Shown here piece by piece: positions 1 to 9,019 of a stretch of 64,000 bases of DNA. A program made the position numbers and the translations under genes. The DNA is from Octopus vulgaris (lineage: Eukaryota): positions 5,580,001 to 5,644,000 of the forward strand of contig OX597823.1 in NCBI GenBank assembly GCA_951406725.2. Reading direction: 5' to 3'. Position 1 is the first letter of the stretch. Each line of letters opens with the position of its first letter. A model generated the notes under the pieces. That model ran no database searches. It was not told the origin of the DNA and saw only the letters and a list, made by a program, of their open reading frames with translations.

Positions 1-75
1 ACGTGATGTGTCGTCTGCTCTTTCCAGTTTGTTCAGAACCACGTGACAGTGTTGGACGCTCGGTCGGTTCTCCCC

Positions 76-97
76 CCCTCTCTCTCTCTTTCTCTCC

Positions 98-153
<56 letters not shown>
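76..153. repeat. (CT)n microsatellite
   Basis: Read directly. Confidence 0.95.
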
Positions 154-156
<3 letters not shown>

Positions 157-229
157 AGCGGAGTTAACCCTTCCTAACAATTTGCACAGCTGTAGTGTGT
201 GCCGCCCCCGGAACCCCACGAAAAGCACA

Positions 230-460
230 TATTTCTTTATTACCCACAAGGGGTTAAACACAGAGGGGACAAACAAGGACAGACATAGGTATTAAGTCGA
301 TTACATCAACCCCAGTGCGTAACTGGTACTTAATTTATCGACCCCGAAAGGATGAAAGGCAAAGTCGACCTCGGCGGAATTTGAACTCAGAACGCAACGG
401 CAGACGAAATACCGCAAAGCATTTCGCCCGGCGTGCTAACGTTTCTGCCAACTTACCGCC
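230..460 (-). mobile_element. SINE family B (tRNA-related head, Nin/Deu-like core). Other copies: about 3720-3900(-), 6590-6820(-), 14975-15160(+), 21840-22010(+), 48603-48830(-), 53370-53600(-), 56555-56930(-, two), 58001-58396(+, tandem), 59648-59862(-)
   Basis: Many near-identical copies sharing gttctgagttcaaattccgccgaggtcgactttgcctttcatcctttcggggtcgata. TSDs: ACAGAAAATG (48593/48831) and TCTCATAATTTCT (53357/53607). Confidence 0.9.
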
Positions 461-863
461 TCCACCCCCAATCAACTCCGCTAGTAATCAGACTGGTCAC
501 CCGACCTGCTAGAGATAATAACCAAATATCTCCCAAATCACTCCCTTAACCGTCTTAAAAACTCCAAGTGGTGGTACATTGGATGACATAGTCTTAGATG
601 CTCTGCCTGAAATAAAGACATGATGGTTATGGGGGATTGCGCTTTATTGTTCGTCTGTTAGTTCAAAGATCTCGCCATACTAATAACCTGTATGAGAGAA
701 GACATTGTCCCCCCGTCTGCGTGACTACACGATACCCTGGAGACCAATTCCAACATTGCTGGCACATCGCTTGCCAAAACATTACACACTTTATTTTAAA
801 AGTAAATAAGAGCATAAATAAAGTATTGAATTTAATTTCATAATAGAAAAAAAAAAAAAGATG

Positions 864-1249
864 TGGCTGTGTGGTAAGTAGCTTGCTTACCAAACATATG
901 GTTCCGAGTTCAGTCCCACTGCGTGGCATCTTGGGCAAGTGTCTTCTGCTATAGCCCCGGGCCGACCAAAGCCTTGTGAGTGGATTTGGTAGACGGAAAC
1001 TGAAAGAAGCCTGTCGTATGTATGTACATATATATATATGTATGTGTGTGTGTGTTTGTCCCCCTAGCATTGCTTGACAACCGATGCTGGTGTGTTTACG
1101 TCCCCGTCACTTAGCGGTTCGGCAAAAGAGACCGATAGAATAAGTACTGGGCTTACAAAGAATAAGTCCCGGGGTCGATTTGCTCGACTAAAGGCGGCGC
1201 TCCAGCATGGCCACAGTCAAATGACTGAAACGAGTAAAAGAGTAAAAAG
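864..1249 (+). mobile_element. SINE family A (tRNA-like head, central microsatellite, AAAAGAGT tail). Other copies: about 13189-13555(+), 18090-18375(-), 27813-28232(+), 31975-32410(-), 32515-33025(-), 33501-33925(+), 36694-37110(+), 39700-40095(+), 40988-41372(-), 57278-57657(-), 58737-59100(+), 60775-60925(+)
   Basis: A-box-like TGGCTGTGTGG, B-box-like GGTTCAGTCCC, CCTTGGGCAAG core, tandem tail, more than 12 copies in the window. Confidence 0.92.
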
Positions 1250-2176
1250 TAAGAGCATAAATAAAGTATTGAATTTAATTTCATAATAGAAAAAAAAAAG
1301 ATGGAAGAATAACAACATGTTAACCTACAAATTGAAGATATTTAAAGTTTTAAATACTTGTGATTTACGTTGTCGGAGGTTAAACGGAAAAGAAAGTATT
1401 TTATCGTGTCCTCCAATTTCAGATTGATAATGAAATGATATCAATCAGGACAATGCCAAAGACATTTCTGTGTTGTTCGATGATTATTATCAAGTTATTA
1501 AAACAGCCAAAATAGTATTGTCTTTTTTTTCTTTCTGAGGAAAACAAAAAATCGATCAGAAATCGCATAATTGTCGTGTTACACCGTCGAAATGTTTCCT
1601 CAGAAAAATTTTATTTCAAGATGCGATTTATTGAGGAAATTATCTGGAAACAAAGTGGAGAGAATTGGTGCCCCAGACATGGCCAAGTGGTTAGAACAGC
1701 GCGGTCGAGAGATGGCGGGTTCGAATCTCAGACTGGGCGATGTGTGTGTGTTTTATGAGCGAAATACCTAAGATCCAGAGAAGATCCGGCAGAAGGTAAT
1801 GGCGAACTTATGAAACCCGTCCTTATGCGCCAGGCATGGCTCGAGAAGGAACAGAAGAAAAAAAACAGACTGTAATTATGTTTTTAATTACAAGACAAAA
1901 TATCAAACAATTAACCTGAAAGGTTAAATCTAATAACACCAGTTACTTATAAACGTAGTTAATTGGAGTATTAAATTCAAAGACCGTCTTTGCCAATTGG
2001 TCTCTTCATTTAGATTTCTCCCGGAACTGAATGACTACGGCATAACACACCGGGTGTCAATCATTTTAGCTTTATGAGGAAACAGAAAAGAAAACGTCAT
2101 CCATCCACTCGACGCGGAGAAGTTTATTATATTTAAATGGTTTTACGGTTAAAAAATATAGAATACTATTGCTTAC

Positions 2177-2404
2177 CTTGTATTATTGTCATATATTTGC
2201 TTGTATATGACAACAAAATGATGAAATAATTCAGTGTTGGTGACACTCAGACATCAAATATAGATTTTTTTTCCTAAAGTTTTAAATAATTTTTCAATTC
2301 CGCGCTTCGCCATTTCAAAAGGTCGGAGTCGATCACGTGATGTGTCGTCTGCTCTTTCCAGTTTGTTCAGAACCACGTGACAGTGTTGGACGCTCAGTCG
2401 GTTC
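2177..2404 (-). promoter_or_regulatory. Candidate promoter and first exon of a leftward-transcribed gene that runs out of the window
   Basis: CpG-enriched patch with two CACGTG E-boxes (2334-2339, 2374-2379) and a consensus minus-strand donor CAAG|gtaagc at 2177/2176. Confidence 0.45.
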
Positions 2405-2582
2405 CCTCTTCCCCCTCCTCCCCTCTCTCTCTCTCTCCGCCACCACTTCCACCATATTAGTCTAGATTGAGCCGAGTCGACTCTTTCTAGCAATCTGAAA
2501 CCACAAGACGAAACTAGGAAGCTTTTATTTTATTGCTCGATCTGCTGTAAATGGCAGGATATTTCTCTCAAATTTCTTCGTA

Positions 2583-2629
<47 letters not shown>

Positions 2630-3061
2630 TATAATCACCGTGATCACTGTGACCGACCAGGCAATCAGATGTTGCTACACACCGCTGGTCACAATGCGCT
2701 TCGCATTATTTTAGCCTTCAAATGACGCCACCCCGCTGACTAAGCGAGCAGACCAACAGAAGAAAGAATGAGAGGAAGTTGTGGAGAAAGAGTACAGCAG
2801 GGATCCTCCCCGCTGCTTTAGGTGGTTTCGCTCAATAAACACTCACAACGCCCGATCCTACGAACGCGAGTCCGCTGCCCTAACCACTGGGCCAATGCGC
2901 CTCCACACACACACATATATATATATATTTAAGGGGTACATTTGATAAGATAGTATGAGATGCACTGTCTGAAATAAAAACGAGATGGTCATAGTGGAAC
3001 GTCTTCTGTCATTGGTTTGTCATTCAGAGCTCTACCGTTACTAAACATGTACGGTATAGCA

Positions 3062-3502
3062 CACTGGTTCTCAATGGTTTTGAATTCGTGGCACTGGTGG
3101 TTAATTACATTGTGTGTAGATTTCACGTGGGAAAACTGTTTTATAAGTAGTATTTATGTATATCGTGAATAATAAGTTTTTCAAGACATACAATCTCTCA
3201 AGTTTTAAATCTCTTTCAAAAATATACGGGGCACCATTTGTGAACCACCAAAATATATAGTAATATTAGATCTCGGAGTACACACATGATGTTATAAATT
3301 ATAACAAGTAAATATTGAGTTGAAAACCCATTTGGATTGAAAAAGTCGAAGGCTGCCCATAATACTCGAACACGACATATATATCTCTTGAAAAGCAGTT
3401 TTAATTAAAACACTACTGCAACTTTTTATTCACTTCTGACTTGCTTACACTCTATTTTGAAGTAATCCACGGCCCCGATCTTTGATAGTTTGAGAAACCC
3501 TG
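3062..3502. mobile_element. Decayed hAT-like non-autonomous element
   Basis: Ends cactggttctcaa and ttgagaaaccctg resemble Charlie-type TIRs; no clear TSD. Confidence 0.45.
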
Positions 3503-5786
3503 TTCTAAAGCCTTAATCCATTTCATTCTGATCTGCAGGAAACTAGTCTTATGATAAAAATTTTGTTTTAACGTGATCTGAGGCAAAATCTTCCATCAAA
3601 ATTTCGTGTTTATTGTAATAGCTTAATTATTACAATCTCCATGGCGTATAAGTAACCAAGATCACTTTCTTCCTGGTCTGGACGCAGCTCCGTTACAGGG
3701 TTCTAGGCGAGTCATTTTGGATATGCAAGGGAACAAATCAATCGCATCGACCCTAGCACTTGACTTGTACTTTATTTTATTGACCCTAAAGTGAGGAGAA
3801 GCAAAGCTGATCTCGGCGGGATTTGAACTCAAAGCATAAACAGCATTAGTGCTACTTAGAATTTTGTCCGACGTGCTAACCATTCTGCAATTTCGCGGCC
3901 TTAAGATGATTGGATCTTCCAGAGGTGGATGACGTTTTGTAAAAACACGTTCCATTCATTTTAGGCCAGAAATATTAAAGGTACATAACTGAGGCTTGTC
4001 TATGTTAAGCAACTGGCATTACTAAATAATTCTCTCCCTTGAGCGACAGTTAACAGCATTTAATGTCGTAACAAACGCATTGTCTTGAAGAAAATTGTTG
4101 TGAGCAATATGGAGTAATGGCATAAAAGTGAAACATTCGTGCCTTGGGGTAAGAAATGCCTCAACCTTTAGAAAACAGTTGCTGTTGTGAGCAATAACAT
4201 GGCAGGTTTAATGTGGAAGCACAGCAATGATATATGGACAAAGATTTTAAAAAGTTACTAAGGAAGAACATTAAGTTTGACTGAATGGATAAATTCAACT
4301 TAATAGGCAATGTTTTTCTGACTAGAATCTTAGCACCAGCCCCCACTCCCAAATTTCGTCTTTTTTTTTCCTACGTATTTACAGCTAGATGCCCATCCTG
4401 TCACCAACACACCCTTTTGGGGGGGTTTAAGGAATCTTTCACGATTTTGAAAGCACATAATAAGTACACCATTTTCTTTTTCTATAAGTGAAGCCATTTG
4501 TTTGTATGTTTTTTTAAAAAGTACCAACGTAAAGACAAACATGCACCTTTTTAAAAATATATACAAGACTCCTTTCAGTTGCCATCGACCAAATTCACTC
4601 ATAAGGCATTGGTCAACCTGGGCTTCTGCTTGAAGACACTTGTTAAGCATATCATACAATAGGACTGTAACCTAAACCAGATGCTTGGGATGCAAACTTT
4701 AACCACACAGCCATACTTAACACCTAAGATTTAGGGAAATGCCAGAGAATCCCTTTTTGTGTGTACATGTGTGTATATGCTATTTCCACCATGACTGCCC
4801 TTCTTAGACATGCATACTGCCAACATTATTTGATTGCCCCCAGCACATAATTCAGTTACAATCTTTGTTAAATGAAACTGACTTAAACCCTTGATTTACC
4901 TCATGGAATTTACACTTAAGCAACACAAACTTCCATAGATTTTATCCAACCAAATTTCACCCTAAAAAGCAATAGTCAAAAAGTGATGTGCATTGGAATC
5001 CAAGGGCCCGGGAACAGGGGGTGCACCTGCACCCCTTGGAATTTTCAGGTGGTGCAAGATCAAAATTTGCACCCCCTACATAATTTTACCAGTTTCAGAA
5101 AATAGTGTCCAAAAAATTATCTGTATAAGATGCTTGAAGCTAGATTTCGTTTCAAAGCAAAAACAAAGAACAAAAACAAATAAATAAAAGTGATGAAGCT
5201 GGGCTTAAAATTCCCAAGGGAATTTATGACTAACCAACTGCTGAAGCAAAGAAGCATCAAATAAAAAGTATGTGACAACAACAACAATAGCAGCAAACAA
5301 CAACATGACCAGCATCTACGGCTACTCTTCAATACATAGCATTACTTGGATTCTTGAAGACAGCTCTATTCTGACAAAAATAGCTCCAAAATCTTGCAAT
5401 GCTGAAAATGTGTGAAGGTTCTTGTCCTCTCTCAAGTTCTTTGAAGTTGATGTTGATAAAGACTGACAACATGGTTGAATGGATTCGTCTGTTTGACCTC
5501 AGCCTAAAAATAGAAGTCCTTTAAAAATTCTTTCAGTCATATCAGTTTTCTCATTTGGGTTGTTAGGTCCAAAGTTTGACAAGGGAACAAAATGATTTAT
5601 TTTTATCTTTGATATTTAATGCTCATTGTTAAATGCTTTGATACTTATTGCTCATTCGAAATACTAGTCCAGTTTAATAAAAAAAAGATTTTGAAAGGAA
5701 ACACTTAACTATAAATGATTGCAGACCAACCCTGAAATGACCTAATTTGCAAAGAAATGTATTCAACAATATCAGATCTGCAGACG

Positions 5787-5964
5787 AGACTTCATGGAAA
5801 ATCCGAAGGACTTCCTGGAAAATTCCAAGGGTGACACTTCCTGGAAAATTCCGAGTATTTCCTGGTAAGTTCCAATGTTAAGATACTTCTTGGAAATTTC
5901 CGAGGATGTAACTTCCACGAAAATTCTGAGCATTTCATGGAAATTTCCGAGGACTTGCTGGAAA
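5787..5964. repeat. Degenerate minisatellite, about 8 units of 20-28 bp (consensus agacttcctggaaaattccg)
   Basis: Read directly. Confidence 0.85.
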
Positions 5965-6989
5965 GTGAAATCAAAATCAAAATTGCTGACGTGGCCGATG
6001 ACAGTACTGCCTGATTGGCACTCATTCCAATGGAATATTAACAGCACATCTGAATGAGGGGTGTTACCGGCCCACTTATGGGTATCCCTCATTCATTAGA
6101 CAATGAATTTTGCTTGCGAAGACCTATTGAGGCAATTGTAAACAAATCAAAATCGCTGATGTGGCCGATGACAGCAATTCCTGATTGGCACTCGTGTCAG
6201 TGGAAAGTTAAAAGCACATCCAAGCGTGATCATTGCCAGAGCCACGGATTTGCTCCCATGCCGGTGACACATGAAAAGTACCATTCGAGCATGATCATTG
6301 CCAGCATCGCTTTACTGGCACGTAATAACACCTTTTGAGTGTGGTCATTGCCAGAACCACCTGACTGGTTCTCATACCGGTGGCAGGTAAAATATCCCAC
6401 TACACTCTCAGAGTGGTTGCATTAGGAAGAGCATCCAGCTGTAGAAACTTTGCCAGATCAGATTGAACCTGGTGCAGCCTCTGGTTCACCAGTCCTCAGG
6501 CAAACAGTCCAACCCATGGAAAGCAGACATAAAACGATGATGATATATATATATATATATACACATACATGATAGGCTTCTTTCAGTTTCTTATTTCTTT
6601 ACTGTCCACAAGGGCCCACACTCAGAGTGGACAAACAAGGACAGACAAATGGATTAAGTCAATTATATCGACCCCAGTGCATAACTGGTACTTATTTAAT
6701 TGACCCCAAAAGAATGAAAGGCAAAGTCGACCTCAGTGAAATTTGAACTCAGAATGTAACGGCAGAAGAAATACTGCTAAGCATTTCACCTGGTGTGCTA
6801 ATGATTCTGCCAGCTTGCCTGCTTCTTTCAGTTTCCGTCTACCAAATCCACTCACAAGGCATTGGTCGGCCCGGGGCTATAGTAAAAGACACTTGCCCAA
6901 GGTGTCATGCAGTGGGACTGAACCAGGAATCATGTGGTTGAGAAGCTAGCCACGTTTGTGCCTATTCTTACTGCCCAGCTGGTGTTAGA

Positions 6990-8150
6990 AAACCTACAAT
7001 GCTAGATGTTCTATATATAACAGCCACGTATATTTTCATTACTGGTGACTTCAGCCACCCTGAAATTGAATGGGAAACTTTCCGTTGGTAATAACACTTT
7101 ACCACCACTCCTAGAACTGTTATCAGTGTTGTGACAAAAGAACCTCTAAGTGACTCAATCATGCTATGATCATTGCCAATCTGTTTCTTGTAGGCAGAAA
7201 CAAGAAGCACCACCACCTTCAAACCACTCGCTTTGACTGGAACTGTTACCGTAAGAAGTTACGACACCTAAACTGGTTTGAATTTTACAATCCAGGGGAT
7301 ATCAATACTGTTTTTCAAAATATCTTCAGTGCAATCTGGACTGCATGTGAAGCATCACTACTGTACAAACGCTCTAGAAATAAAAACAATGTAATTTGGG
7401 AGACTGCAGCAGTTCGACTTGCCAGGAAAGATCATTGTGATGCTGAACAGAAATACAGACAGCATAGAACAAATGAGAGCAGAAGATGCAACAGATCATC
7501 TAACCGACTCAAGCAAGCAATGAAAAAGGCAGTGCTTGAGTTTGAACGATATATAGCAACAAGCCCTGAAAATATGTGTGTTCAAAACAGAGTTCTCACT
7601 CTCTAACTGGCCCTATTCACGATCCCCACACAGGTCAGATGACTGATGACGCCAAGGAATGCACTGAGCTTATTGCTGAATGCTATGCTGGCATTTTTAC
7701 TGCTGATAACCCTAACGTATCTTCTTCCCCAACTCTGACATCAAATTCCATAACATCTGTGAAATTCACATCCACAATGCTGTGACACCACCTCAAGAAT
7801 AAGTGCAACTATGCCTCTCCTGATCTTGATGGTGTAACTTATTTTCTTATCAAACGTGGTGGGTTCTTTCTATTGCACCAGCTTTCTTCCTTTTGTCAAT
7901 TCTGCTTTCAATGGCTGCTGTGTGTGACTGGCTTTGAACTGGTTGATCACCCTCCCTATGTTAGTGATTTGGTTCCTGCTGGTTATCATGTTTCCCAACA
8001 TAGAGAAACACTCAGCTGAGCACCAGTATCACTATGATGAGAACATCTTATCTGTTGTTGATGACCATTTTGATCAACAGAAAAGCTTCTTCGCCAGTGT
8101 GACCCCAGCACTGCAACTACTTATGGAAGTGTGTGGACAGTAAGAGGAAC
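6990..8150 (+). mobile_element. Decayed CR1/L2-group LINE ORF2 fragment (APE endonuclease and linker)
   Basis: ITGDFSHPEIEW resembles GDFNxPxIxW; YDHC corresponds to the SDH motif; ASPDLDGV resembles SPGPDGI; many stops and frameshifts. Confidence 0.7.
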
Positions 8151-8492
8151 TGTTAGAAAATGAACTTCATTTGGTCACATTCCATTGAAAGTGTCTAGCT
8201 CAGATTATGAACATTTCAGCCAACCCTCATAATAATAAAAGTTAACATTGAAAAAAATCCACATTTTTCATGAAAAAATTAGGACCTGGGCTTGCACCCC
8301 CTTAGCAAATTTTGTTGCTGGGCCACTGTTGGAATCACACCTAGAACCTTGTGGTCCCAGATTTTACCCACGTCATCAAATAGTAAACTAGTGTTTCAAG
8401 CAAAGAGTTGGCTTTCAACTTGCAAAACATTTCTAAGAATACAACAGAAAAATAAGAACAACAAAATTGTCTTTGAGAAAGTCTCTCAGCTA

Positions 8493-8498
8493 TTTATT
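8493..8498 (-). terminator. Probable calreticulin polyadenylation signal AATAAA (3' UTR about 0.5 kb)
   Basis: AATAAA on the minus strand about 500 nt after the stop, followed about 35 nt later by a U/GU-rich tract (ttttgttgttcttatttttctgttg). Confidence 0.65.
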
Positions 8499-8995
8499 TG
8501 TAAATTTACATATATTACATCCTTTTGTTTTAAATTAAAAAAAATATATATAATAAAAAACAAAAAAGAAAAACAAAGTGACAACAGGACAAAAAACAAC
8601 AAACAGACCATGTCAGTTCATGTCATGCTTGTAAAAACGAAGTACATTTCAAACACAGGCGGTTTTGATGTGCACATGAAAATGTAATTGACAAGATTTT
8701 TCAATAGCTTTGAAGACATTTTAGGTTCCAATCCTGTTGCCATTCTTCCAACAGACCATTGCTGCTGCTGATGCTGCTGCAGGGGAACCCAACATCCTGC
8801 TTAACATCAATATTTTCTCAAACAGATATTTTAACTGTGAGCCACAACTGATGTAGTTTCGGTCATCTTCAAATTAAAAGAGAGTCTTGTCACATGAATG
8901 ATGAATTGACCCATCCCAGCCCATAGAGTCAGCCCAAACCCTCCCCCTCCCAAAGAAACAAGAAAGTTACTGGTTGTGTAACTCAAGAAGCAGCT

Positions 8996-9019
8996 TTACA
9001 ATTCTCCACCGTGGGAATC
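8996..9019 (-). CDS. CALR: Calreticulin terminal coding exon 11 (24 nt): DSHGGEL-stop
   Basis: Strong acceptor gtttttctttttgtttcag, phase 0, GAT TCC CAC GGT GGA GAA TTG TAA, xxEL C-terminus. Confidence 0.88.
   Translation of the reverse strand, partial: DSHGGEL

Larger units (their letters stand above)
5001..8328. mobile_element. hAT-type DNA transposon remnant inflated to 3.3 kb by nested insertions
   Basis: Imperfect 16-bp TIRs (caagggcccgggaaca / rc cagtggcccagcaaca) and perfect 8-bp TSD TTGGAATC at 4993-5000 and 8329-8336. Confidence 0.8.

Noticed and set aside
8996-9010. RNA editing restoring HDEL from HGGEL
   Set aside because: It would need G-to-A changes and a codon deletion; ADAR only makes A-to-I(G) changes.
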